Positions 40,025 to 48,564 of a stretch of 64,000 nt of DNA are shown here, piece after piece. The notes under the pieces were generated by a model. It did no database searches. It saw nothing but the letters and a program-made list of their open reading frames with translations, and had not been told where the DNA came from. The DNA comes from an uncultured archaeon (GTDB lineage: Archaea; Asgardarchaeota; Thorarchaeia; Thorarchaeales; Thorarchaeaceae). Both the position numbers and the translations under genes were made by a program. Positions within the stretch are counted from its first letter, which is position 1; the number at the start of each line of letters is the position of its first letter. The DNA lies in contig CAZLEV010000001.1 of NCBI GenBank assembly GCA_964558645.1, positions 125,568-189,567 of the forward strand. The letters run 5' to 3'.

Positions 40025-41438
40025 TACCTTCTCGTTCAGTCATGAGAATACTTGGGTTCATGATGTTGTTCGGGTCGAGGAGATTCTTTAGAGCCTTAAT
40101 GAGTTTGAGATAATCTTTCATCTCCTCTACACCTTCGACCCAATAGGTTGCAAGTTTGAATGGAACTGCTCCTGTCTTGAAGAGCCTTCTTGAGAGGGCA
40201 GCATGTGCGTCGCGGACCTTCTGTTCTTCCTCAGCATCTTCGGGGTCGAAATAGAGGTGGGGATAGAAATTGTAGCTGGCGTGACCCGTAAGGAAGCCCG
40301 CGGTGTGACCAAGCAGTCCGAACTCATCCATCACTTCCCAGATAGACTCAACAGACCTATGCCAGTTGGTAGGCGTCTGGTGGTGATAGAGAATGCGCCA
40401 GTGCCAGCCGTGAGCATAGGATGAACGCGCAAAGGTTCGCATCCGATCATCCCACTCTCCCTGGGGCAACTCGCTGATTCCGATGATATGTCCTCCAAGA
40501 CTCTCGCAGATCTCAGCCGCCTTCTCCACATCGCTTGCCAGCTGGTCCTCCCTCAGCCGGCCGAGTGTTGCCGAGACCGTGTAGGTCGGCCACTCGTACT
40601 TCGGTATTCCATACTCTTCCCCAAGCATATCCATGAAGAACTCAAGAATCCTGCCCTCATAGATTGAGGCGAAGACCGCCTGCACATCGTTCTCCCTCAG
40701 CCCCAAGAGAAAGCGCTCCGCCTGTTCAGCGGTTTTGAAGCCGTAGGTTTCATAGTGGAAATTACGAATACGTCTGAATGTCTTCACTGAGACCTTGGTG
40801 ATGATTCCTAGTGCACCCAGTGAACCTATGAAGAGCCCGGTTATGTCTGGACCAAATGCGTATCGCAGGAAGGGTCCAGGAGCGTTAGGATTTGCCTCTG
40901 AGCCCGTCTGGATGATTGTTCCATCGGGAAGAACTACCTCAAGTCCTAGGACCATCTCTGCAATGCACCCATAGGTGCTTGAACCCGGTCCTGCTCCATT
41001 GACTGCCACATTTCCTGCAACAGTACATACAAGGGACGATTCCGGGTAGATGGGCACCCAAAGGTCATGCTGGTTCAGGTACTTGTCGAGCATGCCGAAT
41101 GTGACACCCGCTCCCACCCTGACTGAACGCAGGTCTTTGAACAAGGTTATGTCATCCAGACGCATGAGCTCGACGACCAAGCCTCCTTCTTCTGGAATGA
41201 CTTCCCCCTGAAGGCTTGAACCCCCGGACCTTGGTGTGACTGGTATCTTGTACTTGTTAGCGACGCGTAGAATTTCTGAAACCTCATCTGTACTCCCCGG
41301 TCGGACAACTGCTCCGGGCAAAACTCCATCATAACCTATCGATGCGGAGTGCGAGTAACTGAGAAGCACATCGGCTCTGGTCGAAACATAGGAATCCCCT
41401 ACTATGCTGGTAAGTTCACTTACCACCCGCTGGTCCAA
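39996..41438 (-). CDS. FAD-binding oxidoreductase (VAO/PCMH/GlcD superfamily)
   Basis: PRSGGSSLQG, TVAGNVA, GSLGALGIITK, LDPNNIMNP. Confidence 0.85.
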   Translation of the reverse strand: MDQRVVSELTSIVGDSYVSTRADVLLSYSHSASIGYDGVLPGAVVRPGSTDEVSEILRVANKYKIPVTPRSGGSSLQGEVIPEEGGLVVELMRLDDITLFKDLRSVRVGAGVTFGMLDKYLNQHDLWVPIYPESSLVCTVAGNVAVNGAGPGSSTYGCIAEMVLGLEVVLPDGTIIQTGSEANPNAPGPFLRYAFGPDITGLFIGSLGALGIITKVSVKTFRRIRNFHYETYGFKTAEQAERFLLGLRENDVQAVFASIYEGRILEFFMDMLGEEYGIPKYEWPTYTVSATLGRLREDQLASDVEKAAEICESLGGHIIGISELPQGEWDDRMRTFARSSYAHGWHWRILYHHQTPTNWHRSVESIWEVMDEFGLLGHTAGFLTGHASYNFYPHLYFDPEDAEEEQKVRDAHAALSRRLFKTGAVPFKLATYWVEGVEEMKDYLKLIKALKNLLDPNNIMNPSILMTEREGSDFERERVT

Positions 41439-41470
41439 TATATGGCCTCCAAGAGCTGAATCACTGGGGA

Positions 41471-41797
41471 CTAGAATATGTGTCGGATCTTCATGAGGTC
41501 AGAAGCTGACCCCTTGACTTTGAGTTTTCTTCTCAATAGTGCCGAAGCGGCACTCATCTCTTCTAGGAAGAGTTTCCTGATTGAGTCTTCGTCGCTCTCA
41601 ATCTTCATGTCGTACTCCTCGATGTCACCCTCTTCCACCTTGATGTCATTGTCTTTCACAATGAAATGGTATTTGGGTCCTTCCTTTAGTTCGAGCAGAG
41701 CTGTTCTCTCCCAGCCGTCGATTGCTTCAATCGTCTTCTCTCTCTCTAGGCCGATGGCGATTCTCTCTCTCATGAGTGATAGCAGGTCTTCTGTCAT
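41471..41797 (-). CDS. SCP2 sterol-carrier-domain protein
   Basis: V.EG....DM.I......LF.....A..AL...KLKVKG..DLMK. Confidence 0.75.
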   Translation of the reverse strand: MTEDLLSLMRERIAIGLEREKTIEAIDGWERTALLELKEGPKYHFIVKDNDIKVEEGDIEEYDMKIESDEDSIRKLFLEEMSAASALLRRKLKVKGSASDLMKIRHIF

Positions 41798-41990
41798 CTG
41801 TCAATTCTCTCCTGTAGATGCAGGGCCGTTCGCACCATGTTTTAGTCTTTTTCATATCAATGCATCGGCAGAAAGCGAAGAATCGGAAGATGATGGTTGT
41901 TCATCGAAGTGTGGAGTCAATCTCTCAAGACTCTGTATGACCCAACAGGAACCCAAATAAGAGCTCATGGCTTGCGACCAGATGATTTTC

Positions 41991-42521
41991 ATGGCCAATG
42001 GGGAGAGTCCACGACCGGATGAATTGGAAAGCAAACCAATGCTCTGGAGCCGCGGAGACGAGATCAAGGAAAGCATCCACGTTATGCTGTCACACCATCC
42101 TCCCTCTCTCTACGGGCACTGCCTTCGGGTTACGTTTCGCGGAAAATCTCTGTATCTGTGCGGAAGATGTACTGGAATATATGGTGGACTCGGATTGGGA
42201 ATTCTGAGTATAATACTTCTACAGGTTCCCCTTGAGCCTTCATGGGCATGGTTTATTCTAGCAGTGGCGATGGGTCTTGCAACTGTGGTGGATTGGACAA
42301 GTCAGCGCCTTACCCCCCGAAAGACAACCGTGCACATCAGATTCTGGACCGGCCTTTTCAGTGGATTCGGATTGGCAATCATATTCATGCTGCGGAATCT
42401 GTTCTTTATGCTGATAGCTCTTGTTGGAATGACTGTGTCTGTAGGAGTAGTCAGTCTGGTGGAGAATCGACGAGAGCGGGAGGCAAGAGAGGTTGCGCGG
42501 GAGGAATCCAGCAGTGAATAG
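41991..42521 (+). CDS. DUF2085-like membrane protein
   Basis: LCGRCTGIYGG, DW..Q, IRFWTG. Confidence 0.7.
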   Translation: MANGESPRPDELESKPMLWSRGDEIKESIHVMLSHHPPSLYGHCLRVTFRGKSLYLCGRCTGIYGGLGLGILSIILLQVPLEPSWAWFILAVAMGLATVVDWTSQRLTPRKTTVHIRFWTGLFSGFGLAIIFMLRNLFFMLIALVGMTVSVGVVSLVENRREREAREVAREESSSE

Positions 42522-42615
42522 AACGCGCTTGTTCTTGCAAGGATGAGTGGTACAGATTCCATGGTAGCCAAAATGTTTTATCTGCGTTGGAGTGCTCCGA
42601 AGACCAGTGAATAGG

Positions 42616-43752
42616 ATGATTCCCATTGCTCAACCCATCATCGGCCAACCAGAGATTGATGCTGTCCTTGAGGTTCTCAAGTCCGGCTTTCTTGCTGAAG
42701 GTAAAGTGTCAAGAGAGTTCGAGAAGGAGTTTTCTCACTACATTGGAACAGAATATGCAACAGTTGCTACAAATGGCACAGTTGCGTTGAGTACTGCTCT
42801 CGATGCTTTGGGCATTGAGCCGGGTGACGAGGTCATCACATCCCCATTCACTTTCATTGCATCAGCCAACACCATTGCCATGGTGGGCGCGGTTCCTGTA
42901 TTTGTAGACATAGATCCAAACACATACAACATATCTCCCGATGCAATAGAGGCTGCCATTACTGAGAAGACCCGTGCAATCATGCCCGTTCATATTTTTG
43001 GTATGCCTGCTGATATGAAACGGATAATAGAGATTGCAACAGACCATGACTTGTTAGTTATCGAGGATGCTTGTCAGGCACACGGCGCAGAGATTGATGG
43101 CAAAAAGGTTGGTTCATTTGGCCACGTTTCGGCCTTCTCGTTTTATGCCACGAAGAACATGATGACCGGTGAAGGAGGCATGATCACTACTGATGATGAA
43201 CAGATCTATGATCGTTGCTTGATGATAAAGAATCATGGTCGGGGGAAGAAGGGTGGCTATAGCCATTATCGGATTGGTTTCAACAATCGAATGATGGATC
43301 TTGTATCGGGGATTGGAAGAGAGCAGTTGAAGCGTCTGCCAGAAGTTGTGAGAGTCCGCAGAGAGAACGCTGCTTTTTATGACAAGCTCTTCGGTGAATT
43401 CGAATCTGTGACTCCTCAAGAGGAGCTTGAGGGATTCATGTCTTCTTTCCATGTATATGCTCCTCGCCTTCATCACGTCGATATCAACCGTGATGAGATG
43501 GTGGAGCTTCTGAAGAAACACGAGATTGGTTCGCGTTCGGTATATGCCTTGCCCTGTCACAAGCAAGGTACTTATCTCAACATCAACGATTGGCGCTGGG
43601 CTGAGTTTGTGGAATACCCCGACTACTCCAAAGTGAGTCTTCCAGCCTCAGAAGAGATAGGAGACACGCACTTTGAAGTGCCTGTACATCCTGGGCTAAC
43701 ACGTTCTGACCGAGAGCACATCGCCCATGCGGTCAGTGAGATATTGGGCTAG
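42616..43752 (+). CDS. DegT/DnrJ/EryC1 PLP aminotransferase
   Basis: NGTVAL, TFIASAN, IEDACQAHGA, FSFYATKNMMTGEGG. Confidence 0.93.
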   Translation: MIPIAQPIIGQPEIDAVLEVLKSGFLAEGKVSREFEKEFSHYIGTEYATVATNGTVALSTALDALGIEPGDEVITSPFTFIASANTIAMVGAVPVFVDIDPNTYNISPDAIEAAITEKTRAIMPVHIFGMPADMKRIIEIATDHDLLVIEDACQAHGAEIDGKKVGSFGHVSAFSFYATKNMMTGEGGMITTDDEQIYDRCLMIKNHGRGKKGGYSHYRIGFNNRMMDLVSGIGREQLKRLPEVVRVRRENAAFYDKLFGEFESVTPQEELEGFMSSFHVYAPRLHHVDINRDEMVELLKKHEIGSRSVYALPCHKQGTYLNINDWRWAEFVEYPDYSKVSLPASEEIGDTHFEVPVHPGLTRSDREHIAHAVSEILG

Positions 43753-44402
43753 CTTCGTTCAAAGTGCTGAAGAATCGAGCGAAGGTCTTTCGACCGGATT
43801 GTGATATTAGCCGCTTCCTCGACTCTCTTTGATTTGGGACTGAATGCGATGCTGAAGGCCGAAACGCCGAACATATCAATATCATTCTCGCCATCACCGA
43901 CACTCGCGAGATTAGCTGGAGAAAGATTCTCTTCTTCTAGGTATCTGAGTACTGATTCTGCTTTCTGTTTACCTGACATGACATATTCGACGTTTCCATC
44001 GTGCTTGCCGTTTTCTTGTCCTAAGATGTTGGAGTAAGCGAAATCTAGGTCCAGTCGTCTTTTGAAGGGCTCCATGAAAAACTGACTGACACCACTTGAG
44101 ATGCACCCAACTCTGTATCCTCTATCTTTAAGCGTAGACACGGTTTCCTCTGCCCCTTTCATCAAGGGAAGATTGTTGACTAGCGGATCCAACGTGCCAT
44201 CAACAGGAACGCCTATCCAGATTTCGGCTCCCTTTATTATGGTCTGCTCCAGCCCGTACTGCTTCTCAGCTGACTCCTTGAAGATTTTGAAGAATCTCTC
44301 TGCGAGACCGAGCTGAGTTGCGAGCGGTTGCACTGCACTTGGGCCATCGAATAACACGCCGTCCAAATCCAGTGCTATTACTTCGATGTTTTTTGTTGCC
44401 AT
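43749..44402 (-). CDS. HAD phosphatase, phosphoserine-phosphatase-like
   Basis: DLDGV, ISSG, K, VGDGENDIDM. Confidence 0.8.
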   Translation of the reverse strand: MATKNIEVIALDLDGVLFDGPSAVQPLATQLGLAERFFKIFKESAEKQYGLEQTIIKGAEIWIGVPVDGTLDPLVNNLPLMKGAEETVSTLKDRGYRVGCISSGVSQFFMEPFKRRLDLDFAYSNILGQENGKHDGNVEYVMSGKQKAESVLRYLEEENLSPANLASVGDGENDIDMFGVSAFSIAFSPKSKRVEEAANITIRSKDLRSILQHFERS

Positions 44403-44407
44403 CTCTA

Positions 44408-44779
44408 TCAACCGACCACTCTGTCTGATGGATGTGCCTGTAAGGCACGTCTCTGAATGGTGTTGCCAAATAATCCACCGAGTATTGCGATTGCAGCCAT
44501 CAGCAAGGCTGCAACGCTAATAGCCAAGAGATCCACTTGCTGTCCGTCTAGACTTGATGTTAGCATGAACAGAGGGATGTATGCAAGGACAGCCCCGAGT
44601 GACGATCCTGCTATCGCATCCTCTATCTTTACCAAGAGATAACCAATAGCTGCACCTGCCACAAAAGGTGTCAAGAACCAGAGGATGGAGTAGAGCCCTA
44701 CATTGAGGAGAGCACAAGCCACAATCAGTGCAAGAAGCCTGACGACTCGCACACTCTTGTTTCTCTCTTCTGCCACCAT
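44408..44779 (-). CDS. Small membrane protein
   Basis: Four Gly/Ala-rich hydrophobic segments; overlaps the HAD gene start region. Confidence 0.6.
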   Translation of the reverse strand: MVAEERNKSVRVVRLLALIVACALLNVGLYSILWFLTPFVAGAAIGYLLVKIEDAIAGSSLGAVLAYIPLFMLTSSLDGQQVDLLAISVAALLMAAIAILGGLFGNTIQRRALQAHPSDRVVG

Positions 44780-44926
44780 GTCTTATCACGCCTATCTGTC
44801 GCATACACGTACTGGTTATAATAATGCCGGACTCTGAACGGCTTGCCCTTCTAATGGTATGCATTAATATGCAAAGTCTGGTCCACAGTAAGCCGAATAC
44901 TCTGTGTATGTGGAGTGGCATGAACA

Positions 44927-45049
44927 ATGAGCAAAGAAGAAGAATCAACAGGTGAGAAGCTGAAGCGCAATCTATCTTTCAAAATCGGGAAACCGAAGAA
45001 CCCATTCAAGAGAAACCCATTCAAAAGAAAAGACGATTCCGGCGAATAG
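44927..45049 (+). CDS. Unannotated 40-aa protein with tandem NPF motifs
   Basis: MSKEEESTGEKLKRNLSFKIGKPKNPFKRNPFKRKDDSGE; GGAGTGG upstream; hairpin downstream. Confidence 0.55.
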   Translation: MSKEEESTGEKLKRNLSFKIGKPKNPFKRNPFKRKDDSGE

Positions 45050-45100
45050 GCGAAATCTGGTGCGGCTGATCTTGGGTAGTAGGTTTCGAAAGGATGCGAT

Positions 45101-46066
45101 TTGTCATTAGATAGTTCTGTTAACGAGATACATCTAGATGATGCAGATATGATGAACGGCTCCAGCCAACGAACAACACGAATCTCCACTGAGGATTACA
45201 GCCTGCTGAAATCGGTACATGCTTGGGTCTTTCCTGACATTCAGCCTGTCCCCGAACTCACTGGTCCCAATTCTCTCTGGCGTACCTTCACATTTGATAC
45301 TATCAGCCTACCTGTTCACATTCAACAGAATTGTGAGGACGAAGGATTAGTGATCACTCATCCCGGAGAGTCTTCTGTCGCATCGACAGAGCAGAAGATC
45401 CGGACCGTCTTAGGTCTCGACGTAGAAACTCAGGGTGCAATTGATGAGATTCGTCAAGATGAAGACCTCATGAAGTATGCTGATGACCTACAATCCCTTC
45501 GCCCATATCAAACCGACACAGTCTTTGAATCAATCATCAAGTCAATCATCCAACAACAGATATCATTCAGAGGCGCGAATTCCATCACAAAGCGGTTGAT
45601 TCTCGCCACTCAGAAGACCCTTGTATGGAATGGAAATAGATTCTTTGGATTTCCTAGTTTTGACTCGATTCTGAATCTGGGTCTAAGAGGATTAAGAGGA
45701 CTGGGGCTTGGCCACAAGGCCGAGTATATCTTTGACATCTGCAAGCTCATCGATAAGGGTGCCTTTCTTCCTGAGAGCCTTCGGCAGGAGCCATATTCTT
45801 CTGTAGCTTCTATTCTGGGCGAAATACGTGGAATCGGACCATGGACAATAAACGCCGTTGCCATTTCAGGATTAGGTCTCTTTGAGATCTTCCCCTATTC
45901 GGACTTGGGTATCAGGAATATAGTCGGCAGGTTTACTCGTGGGTGTCAGCGAGCATCTATCAAGCAGGTCATCAGGTTCAAGAACCGATTCGGTGACCAT
46001 GGTGACCTTGTTCTGTACCTGCTGATGTGTGCGGAAGTTCTCGGCATACTAGACAAGGAATCGTGA
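45101..46066 (+). CDS. AlkA/OGG-like HhH-GPD DNA glycosylase
   Basis: FESIIKSIIQQQIS, IRGIGPWT, PYSDLGIR. Confidence 0.82.
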   Translation: MSLDSSVNEIHLDDADMMNGSSQRTTRISTEDYSLLKSVHAWVFPDIQPVPELTGPNSLWRTFTFDTISLPVHIQQNCEDEGLVITHPGESSVASTEQKIRTVLGLDVETQGAIDEIRQDEDLMKYADDLQSLRPYQTDTVFESIIKSIIQQQISFRGANSITKRLILATQKTLVWNGNRFFGFPSFDSILNLGLRGLRGLGLGHKAEYIFDICKLIDKGAFLPESLRQEPYSSVASILGEIRGIGPWTINAVAISGLGLFEIFPYSDLGIRNIVGRFTRGCQRASIKQVIRFKNRFGDHGDLVLYLLMCAEVLGILDKES

Positions 46067-46128
46067 AACCTCTCGAAAACGCATAAAAGCAGTGACAAGG
46101 ATGCAGAAGCAAAGCATGGTGAACCCCT

Positions 46129-47280
46129 TTGTCAACCGAAGAACGGAAGAATAGCAAGATCTGGCGTATTCGATCCATGCTGCTGAAGGAGCTTAGACTC
46201 ATTCAGAACGACCGTTTCGCTCTGCTTCTTGTCTTTGTCCTTCCGACCATGATTATGGGGACCATGTGGGTGGCGACTTCTCAAGGGAGTGCAGGTATTG
46301 GAGATAGTGGCGGAGATAGTGATGGTGTCATCCTGCTCGGTGTCGTCGATATGGACCCAACAGACACATTTCCGGATGAGGACTTGTCCGAGAATTTCAC
46401 TTACTATCTCTCTAAGAGCAATTCTTTCTCTGTCATAGTATATGAGACTGAAGAAGAGGCTCTCGACGCACTCTATAGAGATGCAATAAACGCCTATGCT
46501 GTAATCCCTTACGGATTCGAGGGAAACATCACCAATGACATACCTGCGTTTGTTACCATTCACATCAGCAGCACAGACTTTCAGAGCCAGTCGGCAGTCT
46601 TCTCTGCTTTCACCGATGTTGTTGCAGAATTCCGGTATGATCATGGTTGGATTAAGGGAGAGGTTGAGATGGTTCGGGTCCGGGAGTTCCAACCGACAGG
46701 TAATTACACAGCTGCCACGTTCGGTGTCTTCCTCCTAGTTTTCTCTGTCTTCATTGCAGTATCCGCTACTGCTGCTCAGGCGATTGTTGGTGATGTTCCT
46801 CTTAATCGAATGCTTCTGACTCCGGCGACTAAAATGGAGGCCATCCTGGCGAAGACACTGGCGTATTTCGCTGTGGGTGTCCTCCAGGCTCAATTCCTGC
46901 TGTTACTCTGGATGGGAATCTTTGGTATTCGTCCCAACACCGACTATCTCACATTGAATGTCATTCTTGGCCTGATGTCTCTCTCTGGTTCAGCTCTGGG
47001 AGTCCTGATTTCAACACTAGTAAGCACACGCCTACAGGCAAATCAATCATTCTTGTTCCTGCTATTTGCATCTCTCATTGTGGGGACGGGCTTCATGGAT
47101 GTAGGCGTAATAGATGAATACTACCCCCTGAATCTGGGTCGAGTGATGATTGTTGATACTGCATTCAAGGGTGTTTCACTACTGGACTTCTTGCCAGAGA
47201 TTCTGTTGATCTTAGAAGTTTCACTGGCGTTCATTCTCATGGCATGGCTCGTCTTCATGAAGCGACAGACCTTGGCATGA
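46129..47280 (+). CDS. ABC-2 type transporter permease
   Basis: KELR..ND..LLLVF.LP, extracellular domain, RMLLTP..K. Confidence 0.8.
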   Translation: MSTEERKNSKIWRIRSMLLKELRLIQNDRFALLLVFVLPTMIMGTMWVATSQGSAGIGDSGGDSDGVILLGVVDMDPTDTFPDEDLSENFTYYLSKSNSFSVIVYETEEEALDALYRDAINAYAVIPYGFEGNITNDIPAFVTIHISSTDFQSQSAVFSAFTDVVAEFRYDHGWIKGEVEMVRVREFQPTGNYTAATFGVFLLVFSVFIAVSATAAQAIVGDVPLNRMLLTPATKMEAILAKTLAYFAVGVLQAQFLLLLWMGIFGIRPNTDYLTLNVILGLMSLSGSALGVLISTLVSTRLQANQSFLFLLFASLIVGTGFMDVGVIDEYYPLNLGRVMIVDTAFKGVSLLDFLPEILLILEVSLAFILMAWLVFMKRQTLA

Positions 47281-47350
47281 CAGTTCTCAAATTAGCAAGT
47301 GTCATAAGGAACGCCTGCCCCCTTCAGTATAAAGGTACGGAGCCATCAAT

Positions 47351-47554
47351 ATGACTGTTATCAAGGTAATCGAACTGATAGGCGAATCACCCAAGAGCTG
47401 GGAAGATGCTGTGAAAGAGGCTTTGAAGGTTGCATCAGAGTCTGTTCGCAATATAGTGGGAATAGATGTGGATCACTTCACCTGCAAAGTTGAAGGTGAT
47501 AAGGTCATCCAATTCAGGGCTGACCTCAAAGTTGCTTTCAAGTACGAGGAATAA
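47351..47554 (+). CDS. Dodecin (flavin-binding)
   Basis: KVIELIGESPKSWEDAV..A..SVRNI..FRADLKVAF. Confidence 0.9.
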   Translation: MTVIKVIELIGESPKSWEDAVKEALKVASESVRNIVGIDVDHFTCKVEGDKVIQFRADLKVAFKYEE

Positions 47555-47562
47555 CGAGGCAA

Positions 47563-47591
47563 GTGAAGAGGCACAGACCGTATCTCTTCAC
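47563..47591. terminator. Hairpin between convergent genes
   Basis: GTGAAGAG...CTCTTCAC inverted repeat. Confidence 0.45.
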
Positions 47592-47602
47592 ATCCGTTTG
47601 CT

Positions 47603-48412
47603 TTAGAAACCAAGAAAGATGAGGAGTACCGCTATTGAGTTGTTCAGTCCATGAGCAACCGCCGGCGCCACAAGCGAGTAGTTCCTTTTTTGTGCTAGAT
47701 ACCCCAAGAAGAGTCCTAGTACGAACCTGGTTGGAATCCCCAGTAACTCGAGGTGTATTGCAGCGAATATCAGTGAGCTGATAACTAGTGATAGTATTCG
47801 GTATCTTCCTCTTCCTGCTTGTTTGAAGTACATCTCCATTCTCCGCTGAAGAAATCCCCTGAAGAGTAGCTCCTCACTTGTTCCAACTATGAGGAACATG
47901 ACTATGAACCAGCCTATCAGTTCCTGGATACTGCTTGCAAATGTTAACTCAAGCTGCGATTGATCAGGAACAGGGAAGACCTCGAAAGTCAGCCAAGTAA
48001 TCAAAAGATTTGAAAGAAGCATGATTGCCCCGACGCCCAGTCCTATCAGGATATCTCCACCCAGATTGCTGGTCTTGATGCCCAGAGAGCGAAAACTCAC
48101 CCCCTTCTTCTTGATGTAATAGATAGGCGGCAAGAAGAATGCAATCTCGGCGAATGAAGCAATGAGAAATGCCCAAGGTTCGAAGGTCACCTCAAACGTA
48201 ATAGGATTGATTTGGATGAATCCAAGAAGAATCAGTGGAAGAATAATTACTCCTGTCAATAACAGGAAGAGAGCTATTGCCGCTCCTGTATAGACGAGTA
48301 CTCTGAAGAAATTATCCCAGTCCATTTCACGTTCAATGTATGAACCTGGTACGAATATACCAATTCCTTCTGACTGCTCCATCTCGTACTCATCAGGATC
48401 TTCCATGACCAT
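47603..48412 (-). CDS. CPBP (Rce1/Abi-like) intramembrane protease
   Basis: EELLFRG, FAAIH, HGLNN. Confidence 0.9.
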   Translation of the reverse strand: MVMEDPDEYEMEQSEGIGIFVPGSYIEREMDWDNFFRVLVYTGAAIALFLLLTGVIILPLILLGFIQINPITFEVTFEPWAFLIASFAEIAFFLPPIYYIKKKGVSFRSLGIKTSNLGGDILIGLGVGAIMLLSNLLITWLTFEVFPVPDQSQLELTFASSIQELIGWFIVMFLIVGTSEELLFRGFLQRRMEMYFKQAGRGRYRILSLVISSLIFAAIHLELLGIPTRFVLGLFLGYLAQKRNYSLVAPAVAHGLNNSIAVLLIFLGF

Positions 48413-48564
48413 TTCCTTAATCCTCTCCTGCTAGTTCCTGGTTCGTTTCATAAGCATTTGGTTAAGAATCTGCATGATTGCATTGTCCGAATATGCTATA
48501 TCAGCTCTCTCCAACATCTATAAGTCGTTCCACCAAAACGAATTCACCTTGAGGTGCCTTCAGT

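Noticed and set aside
38825-41438. Selenocysteine or other recoding in redox genes
   Set aside because: ORFs are uninterrupted, with no in-frame TGA
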